Assembly: GCA_016706845.1 (NCBI GenBank)
Contig: JADJIV010000002.1
Span: 176,367-240,366, forward strand
Length of the DNA: 64,000 bases
From: a bacterium
GTDB taxonomy: Bacteria > Krumholzibacteriota > Krumholzibacteriia > LZORAL124-64-63
Reading direction: 5' to 3'
Part shown: positions 1 through 8,913 of the stretch, one piece after another
Layout of the letters: each line of letters begins with the position of its first letter
Numbering within the stretch: the stretch's first letter is position 1
Made by a program: the position numbers and the translations under genes
The notes under the pieces: model-generated
What the model was told of the DNA's origin: nothing
The model's input: only the letters and a program-made list of their open reading frames with translations
Database searches by the model: none

Positions 1-416
1 AGGTTGTTCATCATCTCGGGCCGGCGCAGGTCGACGTAGCGGTACTTCAGGCGCAGCTCGTCCGCGGCCTGCGCCGCCTGGTCGAGCTGGAAGGGCAGCG
101 GCTTGCAGGGGTTGAGCACCTCGATCTCCGCCGCCGCCACCTCGACCGCGCCGGTGGCCATCGTCGCGTTGACCATGCCCTCGGGCCGGGGGCGGACGCG
201 CCCGGACACCGAGATCACCGACTCCAGCTTCACCAGGCCGCTGCGCGCGGGCAGGTCGCCGTCCTCGAACACCACCTGGACGGTGCCGTAGCGGTCCCGC
301 AGGTCGATGAAGGTGACGCCGCCCATGTCGCGGATCTTCGCGGCCCAGCCCGCCAGCCGGACGGTCTCCCCCACGCGGGAGGTGTCGATGTCGCAGCACC
401 GGTGCGTCCGGATCAG
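1..416 (-). CDS. aspS: Aspartyl-tRNA synthetase, N-terminal part (partial; continues beyond window start)
   Basis: Minus-strand translation gives LIRTHRCCDIDTSRVGETVRLAGWAAKIRDMGGVTFIDLRDRYGTVQVVF...LRLKYRYVDLRRPEM, the canonical AspRS N-terminal anticodon-binding/OB region. The start codon is unclear (CTG/ATC near 416) and overlaps the hisS stop. Confidence 0.8.
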   Translation of the reverse strand, partial: MIRTHRCCDIDTSRVGETVRLAGWAAKIRDMGGVTFIDLRDRYGTVQVVFEDGDLPARSGLVKLESVISVSGRVRPRPEGMVNATMATGAVEVAAAEIEVLNPCKPLPFQLDQAAQAADELRLKYRYVDLRRPEMMNN

Positions 417-1711
417 TTTCGTTTCCGGCTCACACCCTCCAGCACCTCCCGCACCGCCGCCAGCAGGCCGTCGCCCGCCACCGCGCGTCTGGTGCCCGTC
501 GCCCAGGTCCTTCATCTGGAAGTTGCCGGCGGCGAGCTCTTCGTCGCCGGCGATCAGCACGAGCCGCGCCCCGCGCGCGTGGGCGCTCTTCATCTGGGCC
601 TTGACGCCGCGTCCGGTCGTGTCCACCTCGACGCGGCACACGCCGCGCAGCAGCTCGGCGTGGGCCAGGGCGTGGATCATCGCCGGCTGGCCGAGGCAGG
701 CCATGTAGACGTCCACCGGCGACTGGCGGCTCAGCTGCGGGTCGAACTCCTCGGGGTACAGGTGCCGCAGCGTGCGCTCGACACCCATCGAAAAACCCAC
801 GGCCGGCGTCGGCGGCCCGCCGCACTGCTCGACCAGCCCGTCGTAGCGCCCGCCGCCGCACAGCGCGCTCTGGCGCAGGTCCTGGCGCGCGGAGATCTCG
901 AACGTCGTGCGCGTGTAGTAGTCGAGCCCGCGCACCAGCGACGGGTCCTCCGTCACGCCCACGTCCATCGCGGCCAGCGACGTCCAGCAGCGATGGCGTG
1001 GTGGTCGCGGCAGGCGCCGCACACCGCCTCGCTGATCGGCCTCACGCCGCCGAGCAGTTCGCGGCAGGACTCGACCTTGCAGTCGAAGAGCCGCAGCGGG
1101 TTGATCTCCAGGCGCGCGCGGCAGGTCTCCGGCACCTCGGCATGCGCGCCCGCGCGACCAGGGCCTTCAGTTCCGCCACGTAGGCGGGCCGGCACTCGGG
1201 ACAGCCGATCGTGTTGACCTGGACCAGCAGGCCCCGGGCATCGACGGCGTCGAACAGGGACATCGCCGGCGCGGATCACCTCGGCGTCCAGGACCGGCGA
1301 AGGCGAGCCGATGGCCTCGACGCCCAACTGGTGGAACTGGCGGTAGCGCCCCGCCTGCGGCCGGTCGTAGCGGAACATGGGACCGAGGTAGTAGAACTTC
1401 AGGGTGCCCGGCTGCCGGGTCAGGCCGTTCTCGAGGTAGGCCCGGACCACGGACGCGGTCGCCTCGGGCCGCAGGGTGATCTGCTCGCCGCCCTTGGTCT
1501 CGAAGGAGTACATCTCCTTGTCGACGATGTCGGTCCCCGAGCCCACCGCGCGGGTGAACAGGTCCGTCGGTTCGATCAGCGGCGTACGGATCTCGCCGAA
1601 ACCGTAGCGCTCCAGCACTTCCCGCCAGCGCTCTTCGCACCAGCGCCAGCGCTCCATCTCCTCGAGCAGGACGTCGCGCGTGCCCCGGGGCCGCCTGTAC
1701 CTGATGTCCAT
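413..1711 (-). CDS. hisS: Histidyl-tRNA synthetase, interrupted by about 4 frame disruptions
   Basis: N-terminus MDIRYRRPRGTRDVL...YRQFHQLGVEAIG matches HisS motif 1/2. The middle (LVQVNTIGCPECRPAYVAELK), then LEINPLRLFDCKVES, then LVRGLDYYTRTTFEI...GGGRYDGLVEQ...PAVGF and the C-terminus ...AVAGDGLLAAVREVLEGVSRKRN lie in different frames. Switches are near 1262, about 1110-1180, about 957 and about 478. Confidence 0.8.
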
Positions 1712-1744
1712 GCTTGCTTCGCTCCTCGGTCGGGGTCCCGCCGG

Positions 1745-2677
1745 TCAGGGACGCCGGGTGTCGCCGACGACCACGATCATGACCTCCGGCGGCGACAGCG
1801 CCACGAGGCTGCAGGCCGCGGGCAGTTGCACGTCGGGCCGCACGGTGTGCGCTCCCGGGCCGAAATTCCCGGCGGCGACCGTCAGCGCGACGGCTTCGTC
1901 CGCCATGGCGGCCAGGTCCGCAGCCGGGCCGCGGACCTCGACGTCCGCCACGGGGGGGAAAACCTCGACGCGGAGGCTCCCGCTGTCAAGCCGGGGCACC
2001 AGCGGGATGCGCTCGAAGACCCGGTTGCCCGCCTCGGCCACCACCGCCGTGACGCGCACCTCCCGCGGCACGGTCCAGAGCTGCGACCGGGGCGCGTGCA
2101 CGGCCCGCATGATCTCGAGCCGCCCCGTTCCGCGGCCGATCGCGACCGGGTCCGTGCGCGGCTGTCCCGCGCCCGGCAGGAAACGGGAGGGGCCGACCAG
2201 CTGGACGATGGCCGGCGAGGCGACCGGCGCCGCGGTCAGCACCCGGTCCGCATGCGGGCTGTCGGCGATCGGGACCTCGACGGAAACCGCGATCGAGTCG
2301 ACGCGGTCCACGTAGAGTTCGAGCCGTTTGGGGGCCGTCACCAGGATGTCCACGAGCTCGCCCCGCCGGCCGTCGACCGACACTTCCCGCTGGACCACGC
2401 TGCCGGGCTCCGCCCCGCTGAGGTCCACGAGCGCCTCGCCGAGGTCGCGCCCGAAGTACCGGTTCAGGAAGAAGTTCAGCTTCGAGCCGCCGGCGCGGAT
2501 CCGCACCGAGTCCGGCACGAGGTTGCCGGCCAGGGTGCAGCCGCTGGCCAGCCCGGTCACGCGCAGCGGCACTTCCACCTCGCGGGTGACCTGGCGGTCG
2601 GAAGCCACCTGGATCCACAGCAGGATCGAGACGGCCAGGCAGCAGATCTTCAGCAGGTGCCGGTTCATGACGCGCAT
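1745..2677 (-). CDS. YbbR-like (CdaR-type) domain protein with N-terminal TM helix
   Basis: 310-aa ORF with a hydrophobic N-terminus (LLKICCLAVSILLWIQV) followed by repetitive beta-rich domains typical of YbbR repeats. The tight spacing to hisS (34 bp) fits this layout. Confidence 0.5.
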   Translation of the reverse strand: MRVMNRHLLKICCLAVSILLWIQVASDRQVTREVEVPLRVTGLASGCTLAGNLVPDSVRIRAGGSKLNFFLNRYFGRDLGEALVDLSGAEPGSVVQREVSVDGRRGELVDILVTAPKRLELYVDRVDSIAVSVEVPIADSPHADRVLTAAPVASPAIVQLVGPSRFLPGAGQPRTDPVAIGRGTGRLEIMRAVHAPRSQLWTVPREVRVTAVVAEAGNRVFERIPLVPRLDSGSLRVEVFPPVADVEVRGPAADLAAMADEAVALTVAAGNFGPGAHTVRPDVQLPAACSLVALSPPEVMIVVVGDTRRP

Positions 2678-2704
2678 CGCCTTTCGGGGATTGCGGGAGC
2701 CGGG

Positions 2705-4162
2705 TCAGGGCAGCAGCAGCTTCTGGCCGATCATCACCCGGTCGGTCTTGAGCTTGTTGCGTTCCTTGATCGCCTTGACCGTCGTGCGGTGCCGCTGCGC
2801 CAGCGCGGAGAGCGAGTCCCCCCTGCGCACCACGTAGCGGGTCTGCCACTCGGCGGTCTTCGCGACCTCGGTCAGGGGCCGCTCGCCGCGCCAGGCGAGG
2901 ACGCCGTCGCACAGGATCCGGGCCAGCTTGCGGCGACCCTCGGCCGACTCGAGCAGCGCGCGGTCGGCCCGGTTGGAGAGGTAGGCCACCTCGACCAGGA
3001 CCGAGGGCATCGCCAGCGTGCGCAGCACCTGGAAGCCCGCCTGCTTGACCTTCTTGGCCGCGACCACGCGCGAGCGGCGCGCCTCCTGCAGCAGGTGCTC
3101 GGCGAGCCGGTTCGACTGGGTCAGCACCTGGCTGAGCCGCAGGTCCATCAGGATGGTGAGCACCGCGTCGTCGTCGCGCTCCTGCGGCGCGAGGCCGACG
3201 AGGTCGGCGGCGTTCTCCTTGTTCGCGAGCTCGCGCGCCTCGCGGTCGGTCGCCTTCTGCTGCGAGAGGAGGTAGACCTCCATGCCGTTGATCGCGCCGT
3301 TGCGGTGCGTGTTGGCGTGGACCGACACGAACAGGTCCCCGCCGGCCTCCTTGGCGATGCGCACGCGGTCGGCGAGGCTGACAAAGTAGTCGCCCTTGCG
3401 CGTCAGCACCGCCCGGTAGCCCTCGCGCGCATCGACGAGGCGGGCCAGTTCCAGCGCGATCGCCAGCACCACGTCCTTCTCGCGCAGGCCCTTGCGGATC
3501 GCGCCGGGATCCATGCCCCCGTGTCCGGCGTCGATCACGACGGTCACCGGCCGCGATGCGGGCTGCGTCCGCGGGGGGCGCCGGTCCGCGCCGACCCGCG
3601 CAGTATCGGCCGGCACGGGGGCCGCCGCCAGGGTGTCGGCCGCCGCCGTGCCCTTGTCGTCGGCCGGCGTCTCGGCCGGCGTCTCGGCGGGCTTCCCGAC
3701 GGGGACCGCCGGGGGCGTCACCACGGCGGGCGCCGCTCCGGGCGCGCGGAAGACATCGATCACGATGCGGTCCGGCCGGCCATCGGCGGCCTTCAAGGCG
3801 AAGTGGCGGAACCGGAGGTCCCCGGCCAGGTCGAGCACCACCTGGGCGCGTCCCGACAGGGCGTTCTTGCGCACGCGCAGCAGGGTGCCGTCACCGACCT
3901 CGAGCGTGGCCGATTTGCGGAAGCTGGCCGCGGCGATGTTGACCGAGATGCGGTCGGGGCCGGTGACGCGGCGCAGGTCGTAGGCGGCGGGTCCCGACAG
4001 GTCCAGGACGACGCGGGTATGGTCGGGAGCGGTCCAGAACCTGACCTGATCGACCACGACGCCCGCGCGCGCGGCCGGGACGATCCCCAGGAGCAGGAAC
4101 ACGATGAGCCGCGCCGCGGCGGGGGTTCGCCGCCGGGCGATGACGTAGGATCTGGGCCTCAT
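2705..4162 (-). CDS. N-acetylmuramoyl-L-alanine amidase (AmiC-like) with N-terminal AMIN domain and C-terminal LysM
   Basis: Amidase_3 motifs VVIDAGHGGMDPGA...DLFVSVHAN...YLSNRAD are present. The N-terminal AMIN-like region reads FWTAPDHTRVVLDLSGPAAY and the C-terminal LysM reads YVVRRGDSLSALAQRH..VKAIKERNKL. Confidence 0.85.
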   Translation of the reverse strand: MRPRSYVIARRRTPAAARLIVFLLLGIVPAARAGVVVDQVRFWTAPDHTRVVLDLSGPAAYDLRRVTGPDRISVNIAAASFRKSATLEVGDGTLLRVRKNALSGRAQVVLDLAGDLRFRHFALKAADGRPDRIVIDVFRAPGAAPAVVTPPAVPVGKPAETPAETPADDKGTAAADTLAAAPVPADTARVGADRRPPRTQPASRPVTVVIDAGHGGMDPGAIRKGLREKDVVLAIALELARLVDAREGYRAVLTRKGDYFVSLADRVRIAKEAGGDLFVSVHANTHRNGAINGMEVYLLSQQKATDREARELANKENAADLVGLAPQERDDDAVLTILMDLRLSQVLTQSNRLAEHLLQEARRSRVVAAKKVKQAGFQVLRTLAMPSVLVEVAYLSNRADRALLESAEGRRKLARILCDGVLAWRGERPLTEVAKTAEWQTRYVVRRGDSLSALAQRHRTTVKAIKERNKLKTDRVMIGQKLLLP

Positions 4163-4282
4163 GCCGGGTGCGCGCTCCTCTTCCCGGGATAACGGATCAC
4201 GGGCGAGCGGACCATAGCACAGGCCGCCGGGCGCGCCAACAGGAGAACCCGGCCGGACCGGGCAGCAACGGCGCGCTGGCCG

Positions 4283-5140
4283 TCAGGCGTAATCGCGCAG
4301 CAGCTCGCGTCCCGCCGCCTGCCGCATCTTGCGCAGGGCCTTCTCCTTGATCTGGCGGATGCGCTCGCGGGTGAGGCCCAGGCGGTGGCCGATCGCCTCG
4401 AGCGTGAGCGCCTCGTCGTCGTCCAATCCGTAGTAGAGCACGATGACCGTCGCCTCGCGGTCGCTGAGCGCGGCCAGGCTGCGCCGGACATCCTCGCGCA
4501 TGACGCGCTCCAGCAGCCGGGCGTCGGCCCGGGGCTGGTCGTCGTCGGTGAGCGTCTCGCTCAGGGGGCGGTCCCCCGTGTCGACGTCGTCGAGGGCGAC
4601 TTCGCCGCCGCCGAGTTCCAGGCTGCGGCGTACGTCGCCGGTGGCCAGGCCGAGGATCGCGCCGATCTGCTCGGCCGACGGGTTCTCCTGGCCCTCGCTC
4701 TGCAGTTGCGTGCGGGCCCGGTTGACCTTCAGCAGCTGGGCCGTCTGGTTCTGGGGCAGGCGCACCAGGCGCGAGTGGTCCAGCAGCGCCTGCAGGATCG
4801 ACTGGCGGATCCACCACACGGCGTAGGAGATGAACTTGAAGCCGCGGGTCTCGTCGAAGCGGTCGGCCGCCTTGAGCAGCCCGAGGTTGCCCTCGTTGAC
4901 GAGGTCCGCGAGCGTCAGCCCCTGGTGGACGTAGCGCTTGGCCACCGTCACCACGAAGCGCAGGTTCGCGTTGACGAGACATTGCAGGGCGTCGCGATCG
5001 CCGGCGCGGCTGCGCCGGGCGAGGTCCGCCTCCTGTTCGCGCGTCAGCAGGGCGTAGCGGTTGATTTCCCGGAAGTAGACTTCCAGGCTCTTCTCGTGCA
5101 TGGGGGGCACGATCGATGGTCTGTTCGCCATGACGTCCAC
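4283..5140 (-). CDS. RNA polymerase sigma factor, sigma-70 family (RpoS/RpoH-like group)
   Basis: Regions 2-4 are recognisable: NLRFVVTVAKRYVHQGLTLADLVNEGNLGLLKAADRFDETRGFKFISYAVWWIRQSI, and a C-terminal HTH LTLEAIGHRLGLTRERIRQIKEKALRKM. Confidence 0.85.
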   Translation of the reverse strand: MDVMANRPSIVPPMHEKSLEVYFREINRYALLTREQEADLARRSRAGDRDALQCLVNANLRFVVTVAKRYVHQGLTLADLVNEGNLGLLKAADRFDETRGFKFISYAVWWIRQSILQALLDHSRLVRLPQNQTAQLLKVNRARTQLQSEGQENPSAEQIGAILGLATGDVRRSLELGGGEVALDDVDTGDRPLSETLTDDDQPRADARLLERVMREDVRRSLAALSDREATVIVLYYGLDDDEALTLEAIGHRLGLTRERIRQIKEKALRKMRQAAGRELLRDYA

Positions 5141-5197
5141 CTCTTCCCTTTCAGTGCACGGACCCGGTCGGTCCGGGGAGTCCGCCCCGGACCTCGG

Positions 5198-6652
5198 CTA
5201 GCCCTCTCGCGACCCCGGCTCCCGCTCGAGCAGGCGGTAGCTCTCCACGCCGCCCGACACGATCAGCAGCATGACGGGCCCCTCGCCGCCGGCGGCCTGC
5301 TGCTGCAGGCGGCGCCACGTCGCGACGCCGTCGGCCGGCTGCCCGTCGACTTCGCGGACCACGTCGCCGGGGTGCAGGCCCGCTTCGGCGGCGGCGCTTC
5401 CCGGCTCGACCCCGACGATCATCATGCCCTTGCCGGCGACGATCCCCAGCGCGTCCCGCAGACGCACGACCCGCGGGTCGTCCCCGTCGGCGGGTTCGGC
5501 CGTGATGCCGAGCCAGGCGCCGGCGGCGGGCCCGGCGTCGACGGGGCCGGCGCTCTCCTCGGACGGAGTCACGGTCAGGGCGACCTCGCGCCCGTCGCGC
5601 CGGACCCGGCAGGCGACGGCGCGTCCGACGTCGGCGTCGCCCACCAGGAACTGCAGGTCCCGATCAGCGGCCACGGGCCGGCCGCCGAATTCCACGATGA
5701 CGTCCCCGGGCTGCAGCCCGGCGCCGGCCGCGGGCGTGCCGGGCAGGACCGTCTCGACCAGCGCGCCGCGCAGCTGACCTTCGCTGACGAAGTCGACCGT
5801 GACCGCGCCGAGGTAGCCGCGCACGACGCGGCCGTGCGCGGCGATCTGCTCGAACACGCGACGCGCGTAGTTGCTCGGGATGGCGAAGCCGATCCCCTGG
5901 CCGGCGCTGTTGATGGCCGTGTTGACGCCGATCACGCGCCCGGCGAGGTCCAGCAGCGGACCGCCGCTGTTGCCGAAGTTGATGGCGGCGTCCGTCTGCA
6001 GGAAGTCCTGGTAGCGGGGCGCGCCGCCGTGGATGGCCAGGTCCCGCCGCCCCTTGGCGCTGACGACGCCCACGGTGAGGCTGCCCTCGAGGTTGCCGAA
6101 GGGGTTGCCGACCGCGATCGCCCAGTCCCCCACGCGCACGCGGTCGGAATCCCCGAAGACCAGCGGCTCCAGCCCGGAGCGGTCGATCTTCAGCACCGCG
6201 AGATCGCTGGCGGGGTCCGTCCCGACGACCTCCGCAACGACCGCCTGCTGTTCCCCGCTCAGCCTCACGGTCACCACGTCGGCGCCGGCGATCACGTGGT
6301 TGTTGGTCAGGATGTGGCCGGCCTGGCTGACGACGAAGCCGGTGCCGCTGCCCGGCGGCGCGAAGGGGGTGCCCTCGCCGGGGCCGCCCGGGAAGAACTC
6401 CCGGTACATCTCCTGCATCGGGTCGAGGTCCAGCCCGCCGCGGGGGTCGCGCTCGACGCGGATGTTCACGACCGACGGCCGCACGCGGTCCGCCACCGCC
6501 GTGAACGGCGAATCCGGAGGCGGCCCGGCGTCCAGCCGCGACAGCGGGCGGTCCTGGGCCGAGGCCCGGCCGCCCGGCGCGACCGGCAGGCACAGCAGGA
6601 GCGCCGCGGCAAGGGCGGCGATCAGGATGGAGTCGTGGCGGCGAACGTTCAC
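5198..6652 (-). CDS. htrA: Periplasmic serine endoprotease DegP/HtrA family with two PDZ domains
   Basis: Signal peptide present. Catalytic-triad context reads GTGFVVSQAGHILTNNHVI, DLAVLKI and GNSGGPLLD, followed by PDZ-like segments. Confidence 0.9.
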   Translation of the reverse strand: MNVRRHDSILIAALAAALLLCLPVAPGGRASAQDRPLSRLDAGPPPDSPFTAVADRVRPSVVNIRVERDPRGGLDLDPMQEMYREFFPGGPGEGTPFAPPGSGTGFVVSQAGHILTNNHVIAGADVVTVRLSGEQQAVVAEVVGTDPASDLAVLKIDRSGLEPLVFGDSDRVRVGDWAIAVGNPFGNLEGSLTVGVVSAKGRRDLAIHGGAPRYQDFLQTDAAINFGNSGGPLLDLAGRVIGVNTAINSAGQGIGFAIPSNYARRVFEQIAAHGRVVRGYLGAVTVDFVSEGQLRGALVETVLPGTPAAGAGLQPGDVIVEFGGRPVAADRDLQFLVGDADVGRAVACRVRRDGREVALTVTPSEESAGPVDAGPAAGAWLGITAEPADGDDPRVVRLRDALGIVAGKGMMIVGVEPGSAAAEAGLHPGDVVREVDGQPADGVATWRRLQQQAAGGEGPVMLLIVSGGVESYRLLEREPGSREG

Positions 6653-6797
6653 GGGAGCTCCCGGGCTGCGGTGACACCGCGGGCCGCTGATGCGGACCGC
6701 AGAACGCGGCAGTGCCGGTCGCTTCGTGGGGGGAGCGGCTGGGTGGGACCAGGGTCGGCCGGCCGCGGGGCGACCAGCCTGTTGCAGGGATGAACCG

Positions 6798-6837
6798 ATA
6801 CTACCCTACATGGATATAGGCGGTCAAGTGTTATCGC
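6798..6837 (-). promoter_or_regulatory. Putative sigma-70-type promoter for htrA (TTGACC-N18-TAGTAT on minus strand)
   Basis: Read by eye in the comparatively AT-rich stretch upstream of htrA. Not validated. Confidence 0.25.
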
Positions 6838-6843
6838 AACCGC

Positions 6844-7299
6844 TCAGTACGGGCGGGGATCGCCTTCTTCGTCGTCGTCGCGGGGCGCCCCGCGGCTGCG
6901 CGGCAACCCGGGATCCGCGAGTCCGCGCCGCCGGCGTTCGCTGTCGCGGATCTCCTCGATCTCGCGCCGCTTCACCTCGAGGTCGGCCTCGAGCTTCTGG
7001 ATCCGTTCGACGAGGTCCAGCACGGCGGGGTCGGCGCCGAAATCGGTCCGCCCCTGCAGGAGCCCCTCGTGGACGAGCTTGCCGATCTCGCTGTAGCGGC
7101 GCTCGATGTCGCGGCCGATCCCGAAGATGTCGTAGCGCCGCGAGCCGACCCGCGCCAGCTCCCCGGTCTTCTCGGCCGCGGTGTCGTACCACGCGCCCGC
7201 GTTCCTGCGCAGATCGTCCCAGACGCCCATCGCTTCCTCCCCTGCTGCGGTCCGTGGCCCCGCGCCGTGGCCGAAAACACCTTGCCGCGAACGCGCCAT
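6844..7299 (-). CDS. Hypothetical coiled-coil protein (start probably at internal Met about 7230)
   Basis: ORF carrying a heptad-like segment VERIQKLEADLEVKRREIEEIRDSERRRR and a conserved-looking N-terminus WYDTAAEKTGELARVGSRRYDIFGIGRDIERRYSEIGKLVHEG. No family assigned. Confidence 0.4.
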   Translation of the reverse strand: MARSRQGVFGHGAGPRTAAGEEAMGVWDDLRRNAGAWYDTAAEKTGELARVGSRRYDIFGIGRDIERRYSEIGKLVHEGLLQGRTDFGADPAVLDLVERIQKLEADLEVKRREIEEIRDSERRRRGLADPGLPRSRGAPRDDDEEGDPRPY

Positions 7300-7319
7300 T
7301 CATATACTAACATCCGACC

Positions 7320-7916
7320 ATGTTCAAGAACGACGAGCACACGATCCTGGTCGCCGGCGACACGCACTTCAAGCTGCGGCCCGATCCCGCCGAAGTCCGC
7401 CGCCGCGATCTCTTCCTGTCCTTCCTCGAGGCGGCCCGGGACGCCGACGAGCTGGTCCTGCTCGGGGACGTCTTCGACTTCTGGTTCGACTACCCGCATT
7501 TCCGGCTGCGGGGCTACGACGAGCTGCTGACCGCCCTCGACGGCGTGCGCGACGCGGGCGTCCGCCTGCACTTCGTGGGCGGCAACCACGACATCTGGGC
7601 CGCCCGCCTCCACCCCGAGCTGCTCTACGCCTTCTCGCACTGGTTGAGCCACGCCAGCCGGCAGGCCTCGCGCGACGAGCGCCACCTCATCGAAAAGCGC
7701 GCGCGCCGGCACCTGGCCCGCGCGCGCGGCGAATGGGATCTGCTCTTGATCGGACACGTTCACCACGCCTTCCGCATCGCGGAGGGCGGGCGCGAGATGG
7801 CGGCCTTGGGCAGCTGGTTCGCGGGCGAGGCGAGCTACGCGATCGTCCAGGGGGGGCGGTTCGAGCTGCGCGACTTCGCCGCCGAGCCCCGCCCCCCGGT
7901 CGCGGACCCTCAGTAA
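7320..7916 (+). CDS. Calcineurin-like metallophosphoesterase, LpxH-like (UDP-2,3-diacylglucosamine hydrolase family)
   Basis: Motifs ILVAGDTH, LVLLGDVFDFW, VGGNHDIW and LLLIGHVHH fit the MPP fold as in LpxH. Confidence 0.7.
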   Translation: MFKNDEHTILVAGDTHFKLRPDPAEVRRRDLFLSFLEAARDADELVLLGDVFDFWFDYPHFRLRGYDELLTALDGVRDAGVRLHFVGGNHDIWAARLHPELLYAFSHWLSHASRQASRDERHLIEKRARRHLARARGEWDLLLIGHVHHAFRIAEGGREMAALGSWFAGEASYAIVQGGRFELRDFAAEPRPPVADPQ

Positions 7917-8855
7917 CCGGCGCGGCCCAGCGCCAGCTCCAGCGCGAACCGGTGCCAGTCGCCCAGGTCGTTGGTGGCCTGTTCAAAGGCGTAGCCCAGG
8001 GTCAACGGGCCGCGCGTGAAGCCGGCGCCCCAGGTGTAGCCCTGGGACTCGTAGTTGATGCGCGTGCCGAGCCTCAGGGCCAGGGCCGGCACCAGCCGGT
8101 ATTCAGCGCCGACGTGAGCCTTCTCGTTGCCGTCGTTCGGGGAACAGGACGTCCGCGGCCACAGTCAGCTTGCCCGAGAAGAAATCCTGCTGGGGATCGT
8201 AGGCCAGGCCGATCCGGCCGGCCTGCGGCAGGGCGAAGGGCGCGTCGTTGAGGTTGAGATCGGGGCCGAGGTTCGTCAGCGAGGCGCCGAACCAGAGGCC
8301 CGGGATCTCGGCGCGGTGCGCGATGAACACGTCGTAGGCCAGGCCGGTGTCGCCGTACACGTCGATCTCGGTGTGCAGCAGCTTGACGCCCACGCCGGCC
8401 GCGAAGGCCTCGCCGATCGTCCGCGCGTAGTTGACGCCGAGCGCCACCTCGTAGGGGCGGAACGTGCCCAGCGGCACGCCGACGCCGTCCTCCTCATAGC
8501 GTTCGATCTCGTCGGCGTAGAGGCCGGAGAAGATGAAGCCCAGCGTCCCGTACGGGGTGCGGTGGGCGACGGCGGCCGTCTCCTTGTCGAACAGCCCCCA
8601 CAGACGCTGGTGCTGCAGCAGCAGGTCGGTGCCCTCGGTCGCGAAGGCGAGGCGCGCGGGGTTCCAGTACACGGCCGCCGCCCCGTCGGCCGAGGCCACG
8701 CCGGCGCCGCCCATGGCGGCCTCGCGCGCGCCCACCGGATTGCGCAGGGACAGGAAGCCCGAGGTTCCCGGAGTCCCGGCGGCGGCGGCCCCCGCGAGCA
8801 GCAGGACGGCGAGGAGCGCGGCGAGCGCGCTGCGGCGCGGCGATGCAGACATCAT
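7910..8855 (-). CDS. FadL/PorV-like outer-membrane beta-barrel protein (1-bp frame disruption near 8100-8125)
   Basis: Signal peptide MMSASPRRSALAALLAVLLLAGAAAAG. FadL-like N-terminal motif [39 protein letters not shown]. The C-terminus ends ...ELALGRAGY (aromatic terminal residue). The frame changes at a CCCC run (FPNDGNEKAHVGAEYRL restored by deleting one C). Confidence 0.65.
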
Positions 8856-8913
8856 GTCGATCCTTTCCGGCGCGACCGGCGCGCCCAGACCCGCGGACGG
8901 CGACGGCGGCGGC

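Noticed and set aside
413-1711. Calling hisS a pseudogene
   Set aside because: The same kind of single-base disruption recurs in many unrelated genes across the contig, several at homopolymers. Sequence error is the more economical explanation, and hisS is essential.
1211-4192. 993-aa plus-strand ORF
   Set aside because: It lies antisense to three well-supported minus-strand genes (hisS, ybbR-like, amidase). The translation is Arg/Ala/Gly-rich with no recognisable domain, typical of a stop-free antisense frame at 70% GC.
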